DNA of 11,394 bases from Elusimicrobiota bacterium (GCA_043819795.1 JBDREN010000017.1:1-11394), one strand, 5' to 3'; shown: positions 1-7,297, counted from the first letter of the stretch. Numbers and translations are program-made. The notes: a model not told the origin generated them from the letters alone.

Positions 1-2
1 CC

Positions 3-1094
3 AAGGCCGCGGCCGAGCCCGCGGCCCCCTCTCGCGCGCGCAGGCGACGCAGGCGCTCGAACACGCGCGGGCGGCGCAAGCGCGCGCCCGTGAAGGCGAA
101 GGCGGCCCCCGCCCCGGTCCCCAAGAATCGGCGCCTGGCTCCGGGCCGCTGGCGGCCGGAGGTCGTCGACGCGCTCGAGCTGCTGCTGGAGCGGGAGGGC
201 CAGGGAACGCCGCTCTACGCGCCCGCGAACCCCCCGGTCGCCGTGGTCGCCTTCGACGACGTCGCCGCGACCCATCACGTGGGCGAGGCCGTCTTCCAGA
301 GCCTGGTCGACCGGGCGCAATTCAAGTTCTCGGACGAGTTCTGGGAGCTGGTGCCCGTCCAGTACGGCCGCGCCCGCATCCGCGCCGGGTACGAAGGCTT
401 CAGGGACCAGCCGCGGTCGGTCTGGGACCAGGACCCCTACTACCGCATGTACCGCAAGGGGTTCCACGGGTGCTACCGCTCCATCTGCCGGGAGGTGGGG
501 ATGAAAGCCTGCTCCCAGTGGATCGCCACCCTGCTGGCGGGTTTCGAGGAGGTGGAGGTGCGGCGCTATGTACGCGCCGTCATCCAGGAGGAGCTACGCC
601 GCCCGGTCGGCGGGGAGGACGTCAAGGATGCCGTCGACGACCCGCGGCCCATACGCCTGCGCACCGGCCTGCGAAGGATCCCCGAGATGGAGGATCTGTT
701 CCGGAAGCTCAAGGAGAAGGGCTTCGACGTGTGGGTGATGAGCACGGCCAACCATTGGGCCATCGAGGCGATCGCGCGCCTCTACGGGATCCATCCCACG
801 AGGATCGTCGGCATCCGCTCAAAGGTCATAGACGGGCTGGTCACCAAGGAGGTCCTGCAGCCGATCCCGTGGGGGACCGGCAAGGCCGAGGCCATCACGA
901 TGTTCATCGGCCGCTCCCCGTCCCTCGCGGTGGGGGGGGGCGACGACGAGCCGCTCTTGAGCTACGGCGAGGGCCTGCGCGTCGCCGTGGTGGACCCGGA
1001 CTCGGACCGATCGCAATGGGAGCGCCGGGCCTGGCTGATCCAGCCCCGGTTCAGCCCGGTACGCACCCCCCAACAGACCGTGGAACCCGAATAA
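3..1094 (+). CDS. HAD-superfamily hydrolase-like protein (phosphoserine/phosphorylcholine phosphatase-like fold); frame open to the window edge, so probably 5'-partial
   Basis: Frame has no stop from base 3 (KAAAEPAAPSRARRRRRRS...) into the 334-aa ORF at 90. HAD-like order of motifs: VAVVAFDD (motif I, degenerate), GFDVWVMST (II), GTGKAEAI (III Lys), LAVGGGDD (IV, degenerate). Confidence 0.7.
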   Translation, partial: KAAAEPAAPSRARRRRRRSNTRGRRKRAPVKAKAAPAPVPKNRRLAPGRWRPEVVDALELLLEREGQGTPLYAPANPPVAVVAFDDVAATHHVGEAVFQSLVDRAQFKFSDEFWELVPVQYGRARIRAGYEGFRDQPRSVWDQDPYYRMYRKGFHGCYRSICREVGMKACSQWIATLLAGFEEVEVRRYVRAVIQEELRRPVGGEDVKDAVDDPRPIRLRTGLRRIPEMEDLFRKLKEKGFDVWVMSTANHWAIEAIARLYGIHPTRIVGIRSKVIDGLVTKEVLQPIPWGTGKAEAITMFIGRSPSLAVGGGDDEPLLSYGEGLRVAVVDPDSDRSQWERRAWLIQPRFSPVRTPQQTVEPE

Positions 1095-1100
1095 GGGCCG

Positions 1101-1130
1101 TTGCGCCCCCTCGAATCATATTGGTAGAAT
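1101..1130 (+). promoter_or_regulatory. Putative sigma70 promoter for the 98-aa gene
   Basis: TTGCGC (1101-1106), 18-bp spacer, extended -10 TGgTAGAAT (1122-1130), in an AT-richer intergenic gap. Confidence 0.55.
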
Positions 1131-1184
1131 CTATCATACCCACGTCAAGCATGCCGTCGAAAGAATAGACAGGAGGATCCACCG

Positions 1185-1481
1185 ATGAAAACTAAACAGG
1201 AAGAGGTCGGGGATCTCTTTGTGACGCAGTCGATCTTGACGATCAAGCTGATGCCGAGCAGGAAGAGCGCCTCCAAGCCCATCCACTGGTTCGTCAACGG
1301 CGTGGTCGCCGACCATCGCACCGCCAGCAAGGACATTTCGTCTCTGGTGGGCCGCGTACAAGGGAAATCCAGGATCGTGCGGGGCCTGACGCTGATGACG
1401 GACCGCGGGACCGAAGAGGACATCCACCAGACCGGGCTGCCCCAGGTCGTCACCAGGGCTGGTTTCACCTGCATCAACTAA
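1185..1481 (+). CDS. Hypothetical protein, 98 aa
   Basis: AGGAGG Shine-Dalgarno at 1171-1176, upstream promoter, fills the gap and converges on the tatD stop. No recognisable family. Confidence 0.7.
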   Translation: MKTKQEEVGDLFVTQSILTIKLMPSRKSASKPIHWFVNGVVADHRTASKDISSLVGRVQGKSRIVRGLTLMTDRGTEEDIHQTGLPQVVTRAGFTCIN

Positions 1482-1488
1482 GGGCCGA

Positions 1489-2274
1489 TCACTCCAAGCG
1501 AAAGAGGTCGCAGGCGTTACGGGTCGTAACGCGGGCGACCTCTTCGACTTCCCTGCCGAACACCTCCGCCAGCTTCGCCGCGATCTCGGGGACGGTCCGC
1601 GGCTCATTGCGCTTGCCGCGCAGGCTCTGGGGCGGCAGCCACGGGCTGTCGGTCTCGAGGACGATCGAGTCGAGCCCGGCCGCGCGCAGGGCCTCGCGCA
1701 GGCCGTCGTTCTTGGGGTAGGTGACGGGCCCGTCCGCGCCGAGCGCGAAGCCGAGCTCGACGGCCGCCGCCGCCTCTTGAAGCCCGCCCGAGAAGCAGTG
1801 GAGCACCCCGTGAAAGCGGCCCGCCGGCCGACGCCCGGCGAAGAAGTCCGTCAGGATCGGCATCACGTCCGAGTGGGCCCGCCGGCAGTGGATCACCACG
1901 GGCAGGCCCGCCTCCACGGACGCCTCGAGCATCCGCATCAGAGCGGCCTTCTGGGTCTCGGCGGGCACCTCGCACCGGGCGTAATCCAGCCCGATCTCCC
2001 CGGCCGCCACCACCTCGGGCAGTCTAGCCCTGCGCCCGAGCTCTTCGGCCAAAGACGGCGTCCAGCTCTCCGCGTGGTACGGGTGCAGGCCCAGCGCGCA
2101 GCGGACCGCCCCCGGGCGGGCTCGGCACAGGTCCAGGGCCCGGTCCCATTCGCCGGGAGCGTCCGCCACCTCGACGATGCGCGACACGCCCGCCGCCTCC
2201 GCGCGGTCCATCACCTCGTCGCGATCCGCGTCGAAGCGCGGATCGCCGAGATGGGTGTGTGTATCGATGAACAT
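1489..2274 (-). CDS. tatD: TatD family deoxyribonuclease (261 aa)
   Basis: IDTHTH, GLHP, GEIGLDY, PVVIHCR, GVLHCFSG, LETDSPWL and RGKRNEP motifs. Start moved to ATG 2274 (MFIDTH) with GGAG upstream. Confidence 0.95.
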   Translation of the reverse strand: MFIDTHTHLGDPRFDADRDEVMDRAEAAGVSRIVEVADAPGEWDRALDLCRARPGAVRCALGLHPYHAESWTPSLAEELGRRARLPEVVAAGEIGLDYARCEVPAETQKAALMRMLEASVEAGLPVVIHCRRAHSDVMPILTDFFAGRRPAGRFHGVLHCFSGGLQEAAAAVELGFALGADGPVTYPKNDGLREALRAAGLDSIVLETDSPWLPPQSLRGKRNEPRTVPEIAAKLAEVFGREVEEVARVTTRNACDLFRLE

Positions 2275-2287
2275 GGCTCCCCGCGCC

Positions 2288-2323
2288 GAATAAAGGCCGC
2301 CCTCCCGACGCCGGGAGGGCGGC
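2288..2323 (-). terminator. Intrinsic terminator between the histone-like gene and tatD
   Basis: Perfect 12-bp stem GCCGCCCTCCCG (2296-2307)/CGGGAGGGCGGC (2312-2323), 4-nt loop, followed on the minus strand by CTTTATTC. Confidence 0.7.
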
Positions 2324-2341
2324 AGCACGCGACTCGCGCCT

Positions 2342-2698
2342 TTATTTTCCGAAGTGCTTCCAGCGCCTCAGCTGATGGTCGCGCTCAGCGGGCTTCAGCC
2401 GCCACCGCTCCTCGACGGCGGTCCAATGGTCGCCGTCGCCGGGGTCGGGGTCGGGGTCGGGCGACGTCATCTCGTTCCAGACCCGCTCGCTCCTCTCCTC
2501 CGACTGAAGCTGGTCGAGCAGCGCGCCGACCTCTTCCTTTTTCAGCCGCGGCGCTCTCGGGGCGGCTGTCCTCCTCTTTACGGCTTTCTTTTTTGCGGCC
2601 TTCTTCCTCGCGACCTTCTTTTTGACGGCCTTCTTCGCGACTTTCCGGCTCACCGTCTTCCCGCGTGTGGGTCGCTTAGACGACGCGCGACGAGGCAT
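2342..2698 (-). CDS. Lys/Arg/Ala-rich histone-H1-like protein with an acidic, Trp-rich C-terminal domain (118 aa)
   Basis: ATG at 2698 preceded by GGAGGT; sequence MPRRASSKRPTRGKTVSRKVAKKAVKKKVARKKAAKKKAVKRR...; own promoter and terminator. Confidence 0.8.
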   Translation of the reverse strand: MPRRASSKRPTRGKTVSRKVAKKAVKKKVARKKAAKKKAVKRRTAAPRAPRLKKEEVGALLDQLQSEERSERVWNEMTSPDPDPDPGDGDHWTAVEERWRLKPAERDHQLRRWKHFGK

Positions 2699-2731
2699 GC
2701 ACACCTCCAGGATAGGGAGTTGCGACGCCAT

Positions 2732-2760
2732 AGTGTAGGGCGAGAACCCGTAAAATGCAA
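2732..2760 (-). promoter_or_regulatory. Putative sigma70 promoter for the histone-like gene
   Basis: Minus strand TTGCAT (2760-2755), 17 bp, TACACT (2737-2732). Confidence 0.65.
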
Positions 2761-2825
2761 GGGCTGTCGGGGGGCAGTCGGCGGCCCCCCACGGGGGGCT
2801 GCATATGTCCGGGGGGCGAAGCGCC

Positions 2826-3569
2826 TTACTTCCCGGGCCGGGCGTGGGGGTCCGCCTCGACCAGGCTAGAGAGGACCTCGGTGAGCAGCTCGTCTTTGGG
2901 ACCGCCCACGAGCATATAGCGCACCTTCTGGCCCACCACGTAAGCCCTCGTGTACTGGAAGGGCTTCTCCACATCGACGATGAAGGCCGGCTTGCCCTGG
3001 ACGTTCAGAGAACGGACGTCGTAGGAGGCCTTGTCCGTTTCCAGCTTCCGGACGACCCAGGACTTGAGGGTATCGATCCCGACATACCCCTGCGGGACGC
3101 GCCGGGGCCTGACCTCGAGACGCAGTATCCCGAGATGCCCATAGAGCCCTTCGTGGATGAAATGGGCGGGATCGGTGCCGGTCTTGTAGATATAGACGAC
3201 CTCGGCGGTCTTGGCCGGGTCCTCGAAGCCGCCGCGGGCCTCGTAGCCGGCGGGCAGCTTGAGGATGTAGCCGTAGTGCCCGCGGAACACGGCCCCCGAG
3301 GGGTCCCCTCCGGACGCGCCCTGGCGGCCGTCCTTGGGGGAAGGCTCCATGCTGAGCATGGCGGCCACAGCCATAAGGACAGCGCCTCCACAGAGCGCGA
3401 CCAGCGCCAGCTTCCGCTTCGCGCGCGGCGTCAGCCTCGCCGCCTCCACGAAGGCGGCGTCTATCTCGGCTGCGGAGACGCCGTCGCGCGCCAGCTGCTC
3501 GCGGGTGGCCTTAGGCCCGAATTGCTTGAGGTTATCCCGGATATAGGCGATGAGTTCGGGGTCCGCCAT
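2826..3569 (-). CDS. Hypothetical single-pass membrane protein (247 aa)
   Basis: Short N-terminal helical domain (ELIAYIRDNLKQFG...GVSAAEIDAAF), basic KRK then a hydrophobic helix LALVALCGGAVLMAVAAMLSM, then a beta-rich domain. GC3-rich codons. Confidence 0.85.
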   Translation of the reverse strand: MADPELIAYIRDNLKQFGPKATREQLARDGVSAAEIDAAFVEAARLTPRAKRKLALVALCGGAVLMAVAAMLSMEPSPKDGRQGASGGDPSGAVFRGHYGYILKLPAGYEARGGFEDPAKTAEVVYIYKTGTDPAHFIHEGLYGHLGILRLEVRPRRVPQGYVGIDTLKSWVVRKLETDKASYDVRSLNVQGKPAFIVDVEKPFQYTRAYVVGQKVRYMLVGGPKDELLTEVLSSLVEADPHARPGK

Positions 3570-3576
3570 AAAATCC

Positions 3577-3649
3577 TGGGCCCGGCAGGATTTGAACCTG
3601 CGACCTTCCCGTTATGAGCGGGTTGCTCTAACCGCTGAGCTACGAGCCC
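3577..3649 (-). tRNA. tRNA with CAT anticodon, probably tRNA-Ile2 (lysidine); elongator Met not excluded; CCA not encoded
   Basis: Minus strand GGGCTCGTAGCTCAGCGGTTAGAGCAACCCGCTCATAACGGGAAGGTCGCAGGTTCAAATCCTGCCGGGCCCA: full cloverleaf, anticodon at 3614-3616. G1:C72 argues against initiator tRNA; C4:G69 favours Ile2. Confidence 0.95.
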
Positions 3650-3658
3650 TTAAGCTTT

Positions 3659-3686
3659 ATTTTACAGCATTTCTTGCATGGCGCAA
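3659..3686 (-). promoter_or_regulatory. Putative tRNA promoter
   Basis: TTGCGC (3686-3681), 16 bp, TAAAAT (3664-3659), 9 nt before the tRNA 5' end. Confidence 0.65.
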
Positions 3687-3704
3687 GGGCCTGCAATCTG
3701 AGAC

Positions 3705-3723
3705 TGTGCCAAAATTGTGCCAA
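3705..3723. repeat. Direct repeat TGTGCCAA x2 (11-bp period), probable integrase arm-type binding sites
   Basis: TGTGCCAA at 3705-3712 and 3716-3723, one helical turn apart, ~55 bp from the tRNA, on the 3' side of int. Confidence 0.55.
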
Positions 3724-3804
3724 CCCGCGATTCGGACCGAGCCCAAAAGCCGGTTCCATGCCCCCAATACCCCTCGGTAAGAAAGGGCGCGATTGCGGGG
3801 CTGG

Positions 3805-3899
3805 ATTGCATCTGGTATTGCATCTAAAGCAATCCTAGATGCAATAGGCAAAAAATACATTGTTTTATAAGGATTGTTTTGCTTCGGTATTTGCATCTA
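3805..3899. repeat. Cluster of TTGCATCT repeats (direct and inverted)
   Basis: ATTGCATCT at 3805-3813 and 3817-3825; 11-bp inverted pair TATTGCATCTA (3816-3826)/TAGATGCAATA (3836-3846); TTGCATCTA at 3891-3899. Confidence 0.7.
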
Positions 3900-5522
3900 T
3901 GTTCTTCCAGGATACCATCGTGCGGCCCGGGTGAAGCCCCTATAATGTATTTTTCCCTCTCGCTTCAATTCCCGAAGCAGACTCTGCACCTGGGCCCTGG
4001 AAAGTGCCGGCAGAATCTGCGTCAACTCCATCAGCCTGCTACCGTCGGCGGCGTTCTCCCGGATATGCTTAAGCAACAGCTCCTTGTTCGTCTCCCGGTC
4101 CAGACCGCGCTTCCTAGTGTAGACGCCCTTCTTGCCGATTCCCGCATAGTACCGCCGGGATAGAAGATACCGGGTCCCGCGCCCTTTCCCAGCGACCTCA
4201 ATGACGCCGAGGTGGGCCAGAGCCGGGAGGCGGGCCCGCAGAGCCTTTGGGAGCGCCTGCTCCCGGTGGATGAGGTCCAAAATTAGGAAATCCTGTGTGG
4301 AGAAATTCTCCAGCTTCTCGGCGCCGACCTTCTCCAGATACCGCACGAACGCCGCATCCTGCACCGTCCCGTGGAGGGTGACCATTACGTGGTAGCGGTC
4401 CGTCCCAGAGAAGTCCGGTACGGGCTTGCCCTGCTGGATGCTCTCCTCGAACATCAGGTTCATGCCCTGCCCGGAACGTTCCACCAGTCCGCATCTGGCG
4501 AAGATGTCCGCGACGCGCCGGTTACGGGGGGACTGGCGGTCCAGGATGTTTCCAAGATCGACTCCCACCGGCAACCCACCCGGGCTCTCGATCCGTATGC
4601 GTCGTGGGTATTGGCGCACGAACACATTGCCCCCGAGTTGGTAATCCCGATGACTGACCGCGTTGAGCACGGCCTCACGGACCGACTTCTCAGCGAAAGT
4701 GGGTATGTCGCGGACGAACAGTCCGTCCTGGTAGTGCTGGAGGTCATTGCGGAGGTTGATCGTATCCCAGAGATCATCGTAGAAGCTGAAGAAGCCTTCC
4801 CGGTACTCCTTGCGCTGCTGCGCGGGACCGGACGCGTCGGAGGACCGGTACTCGAACACCACCTCCGACTGCGCCAAGTGGCGTCCAAGGGCTCCGCGGG
4901 TTCCAAACAGAATCAGCGCGGCGTAGGTCAGCCCGCCGTCAACGACCGCTTCGATGTCACCGAGCACCTGCTCGGTGGAGAGAGAGGCCGGGGCCCTGTT
5001 CCCGGACTTCTCGATCCACCGGCGACGGAAGGTCTCGACGGCCTCGGGGGAAAGGTCGGAAAATGAAGCGTCCGGGCAGATGTCCGCTGAGAAGTCGCGC
5101 CCGCTCTCCGCGAAGATCTCCCGCAAGCGGTCCTCGGACAGAGGGACCAAGCTTTCGCCTTTGCGCATCCAATAGACCCCGTCGACCTGGATGGTCGTCC
5201 CAACCGGCCGGGAGGGGACCTCAAAGACGAGCACCCGACCATCGGGATGGTGAACCTCGCTGACATCGATGCGGAGAGGGATCTTCTGCATCAGCCCCGC
5301 ACGGGTCCTCTCCAGCTGTGTGAAAGCTAGGGTGCCGACCACCTTTCGTGGGCGTTTGTCGGTCACGCCCAGAATCATCTTACCGCCGCCCTCATTGGCC
5401 AACGCGGCACAGTATCGCGTCAACTCCTCGAAGTTGTAGCGGGCCTTGGCCTCCTTGAACTCGAGGTTCTCTCCCTCTATCCCGGCAAGTAATGACTCGA
5501 GTTGCTTGGGCGTCACGCTCAT
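3897..5522 (-). CDS. Schlafen/AlbA_2 domain + HATPase_c_4 (RecG-C-like) + winged-helix protein (541 aa)
   Basis: N-terminal EGENLEFKEA...CAALANEGGGKMILGVTD (AlbA_2); VREAVLNAVSHRDY, IESPGGLP, RNRRVADIF, VERSGQG (HATPase_c_4); C-terminal wHTH segments. Start reassigned to ATG 5522 (MSVTPKQL) with GAGG upstream. Confidence 0.9.
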   Translation of the reverse strand: MSVTPKQLESLLAGIEGENLEFKEAKARYNFEELTRYCAALANEGGGKMILGVTDKRPRKVVGTLAFTQLERTRAGLMQKIPLRIDVSEVHHPDGRVLVFEVPSRPVGTTIQVDGVYWMRKGESLVPLSEDRLREIFAESGRDFSADICPDASFSDLSPEAVETFRRRWIEKSGNRAPASLSTEQVLGDIEAVVDGGLTYAALILFGTRGALGRHLAQSEVVFEYRSSDASGPAQQRKEYREGFFSFYDDLWDTINLRNDLQHYQDGLFVRDIPTFAEKSVREAVLNAVSHRDYQLGGNVFVRQYPRRIRIESPGGLPVGVDLGNILDRQSPRNRRVADIFARCGLVERSGQGMNLMFEESIQQGKPVPDFSGTDRYHVMVTLHGTVQDAAFVRYLEKVGAEKLENFSTQDFLILDLIHREQALPKALRARLPALAHLGVIEVAGKGRGTRYLLSRRYYAGIGKKGVYTRKRGLDRETNKELLLKHIRENAADGSRLMELTQILPALSRAQVQSLLRELKREGKIHYRGFTRAARWYPGRT

Positions 5523-5643
5523 TTGTGCCTCGGCATCGTTCGCGCGCGGGTTTGTGATGCGTTCAAGCCCGATGGTATCAAATCGCAGACAAGCAGGGCT
5601 TGGGGCGTCTCTCGCCGCTGAGTTGCGGCTTCCCCAACCGATG

Positions 5644-6690
5644 TCATAAGGCTTTTTCCGGGCCGGCCGAAGGACCGGGAGGGGGGACTGGGCCCAGATT
5701 TGGCGCATCAACAGCCATCCCTGAGTCCAAAAGCTGGATTCCCATCCTTAGATGCCCCCTGGAGAGGTGGGCATACCTCTGCGTCATGGCGGGGGAATGG
5801 TGCCCAAGAAGCTTCTGCAGGGAGGGGAGGTCCCCCGTTTTCATGATGTAGTGCGATGCGAAGGTATGGCGTAGGTCATGGAAACGGAAACCCTCGATGC
5901 CGGCCGCCCTGAGCGCCTGGGCGAAGTAGCGCCTCACCGTGATCTCGGCCACGTCGAAGACGCTGCCCGAGCCCCTATTCGGCAAAGAAAGCAGTATCTC
6001 GCGCAGCGTGGGGGCTATCGGGATCTCTCGAGCCTCGCCGCTCTCAGTCTCCAGGATGTAGATGATCGACTGCTCCAGACTCACATTCTCCCACCTGAGA
6101 TTCAGGATCTCGCCCTTCCTCATGCCGGTCAGAAGCGCGCAGGCCACAACGGGCATCAGGCGGGAATGGCATGCCGCCAACAGGCGGCGTATCTCGTCAT
6201 GCGACAGGAAGCGAAGCCGGCGGTTCTTCTCCTTTTCCTGTTTGACCTTCGCCACGGGATTCTCTCCCATAAACTTGCCCCATTCGATGGCGCGGTTGAA
6301 GAGAGACCGGAAAACGTCATGGTGCCGGTTCGCGTTGGCGATGCTGGACTCATCCCTGACCTGATTCCTGTATCTCAGCACCATGGGCACGGTCACGCTG
6401 TCGAGGGGGAGAACCCCAAATTCCTTGTCTAGTCGTTTAAGAATGGGCCTATGTGCGTGGCCCCTCTTGTCCTTGGCGTACAGGTCCCAAAACAGGCGGA
6501 TCATCTCCCGGACGGTGATGCAGCTGCGCTTCTTTTTGGGGAAAAAGCGGCCCTCGATGATCTCGACCTGGCGCTTCGCCAGAGCCCGGCTGGCTGCCGC
6601 CTTGCTGGGCCCCACCGGCTCGCGAAGCCTCCGGCCCTGTTGGCGATAGTCAATCCACCAGACCTTGCCCCTGCGGTAGACGCGACCCAT
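5644..6690 (-). CDS. int: Tyrosine recombinase / phage integrase (348 aa); catalytic Lys position reads Glu
   Basis: N-terminal arm-binding segment (VYRRGKVWWIDY), TGMRKGEIL, HDLRHTFAS, LGH and TQRYAH; YILETESG where the family has TK(S/N)G. Confidence 0.95.
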   Translation of the reverse strand: MGRVYRRGKVWWIDYRQQGRRLREPVGPSKAAASRALAKRQVEIIEGRFFPKKKRSCITVREMIRLFWDLYAKDKRGHAHRPILKRLDKEFGVLPLDSVTVPMVLRYRNQVRDESSIANANRHHDVFRSLFNRAIEWGKFMGENPVAKVKQEKEKNRRLRFLSHDEIRRLLAACHSRLMPVVACALLTGMRKGEILNLRWENVSLEQSIIYILETESGEAREIPIAPTLREILLSLPNRGSGSVFDVAEITVRRYFAQALRAAGIEGFRFHDLRHTFASHYIMKTGDLPSLQKLLGHHSPAMTQRYAHLSRGHLRMGIQLLDSGMAVDAPNLGPVPPPGPSAGPEKAL

Positions 6691-6756
6691 ATCTTAATGA
6701 TACATCATATTCTGATGTATTGCAACAGACTGCATGATGCGGTATTCTGCTGCGTG
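6691..6756. promoter_or_regulatory. Divergent promoters sharing a palindromic -35 (TTGCAA) plus an inverted-repeat operator
   Basis: TTGCAA at 6720-6725. Minus: 17 bp then TATCAT (6702-6697). Plus: 17 bp then TATTCT (6743-6748). Operator ATACATCA-N5-TGATGTAT at 6700-6720. Confidence 0.7.
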
Positions 6757-6921
6757 ATGAAGCCATACCGGTATATATCCTTCCTGATCCCCTCCGCCCT
6801 CGAGGCCGCCCTGCGCAAGGCGGCGCGGGAGCATGAGCGCAGCATGGCTTGGATCATCAAGAAAGCCCTGACGGAGCACCTCGTCAAGCTAGGGGCCTTG
6901 CCGAAGGCGCGTCGGCGCTGA
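6757..6921 (+). CDS. Ribbon-helix-helix (CopG/Arc-like) DNA-binding protein, 54 aa
   Basis: MKPYRYISFLIPSALEAALRKAAREHERSMAWIIKKALTEHL: alternating beta strand, helix, RS turn, helix IIKKAL. It is the C-terminal part of track ORF 6451..6921. Confidence 0.85.
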   Translation: MKPYRYISFLIPSALEAALRKAAREHERSMAWIIKKALTEHLVKLGALPKARRR

Positions 6922-7081
6922 CCCACCGGTCGACCACATCCTTCTCGAACCTGAGCGCCCTCCCGATCCGCTTGATGCACGCCTCCGGGATCTTGCCCGT
7001 GCTGACATACGTGTAGATCGTGGCGACCGGCATGGACAGATACACCGACAGCTCCTGAACGTTCATCAGCCGTTTGTCCAA
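6884..7081 (-). CDS. xis: Excisionase / HTH_17 (MerR-like) DNA-binding protein, 65 aa
   Basis: LMNVQELSVYLSMPVATIYTYV..GKIP...RIGRALRF....VDRW. TTG start at 7081 with GGAGGAAGGA upstream; 3' end overlaps the RHH gene convergently. Confidence 0.85.
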   Translation of the reverse strand: MDKRLMNVQELSVYLSMPVATIYTYVSTGKIPEACIKRIGRALRFEKDVVDRWVSADAPSARPLA

Positions 7082-7297
7082 GGTTCCTTCCTCCGTACCT
7101 CCTGGGTTGCCCGGGCATCCCATCCCGGGACACGTCCCAAGCTCCCGCGCCCATCCCCTCATCATGCAATCGGGCGGGCCCGTCTCCTGCGTCCGCCGGC
7201 CCGATTTGCGAACGGTTGCCCCGCGCCGGGGCGCCGGCCAGGGTGCCCCGGAGGACTGCCGGCCAGCGCGGCAAGGCCGGGGTGAGGGCTGGGAAAC

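Noticed and set aside
2441..2458. GGGGTC x3 microsatellite
   Set aside because: In-frame coding repeat (Asp-Pro linker); no phase-variation potential.
2699..2974. N-terminal extension of the histone-like ORF (210 aa in the track)
   Set aside because: Overlaps the upstream gene and the promoter; ATG 2698 has GGAGGT.
3577..3649. Initiator tRNA-fMet
   Set aside because: Has a paired G1:C72 rather than the C1:A72 mismatch, and lacks the GGG/CCC anticodon stem orientation.
5689..5707. Weak inverted match (14/19) to the 3705-3723 arm-like repeat within the int 3' end
   Set aside because: Too degenerate to separate from chance in coding sequence.
5523..5711. 63-aa N-terminal extension of the Schlafen ORF
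   Set aside because: Overlaps the int 3' end; the domain begins right after ATG 5522, which has an SD.
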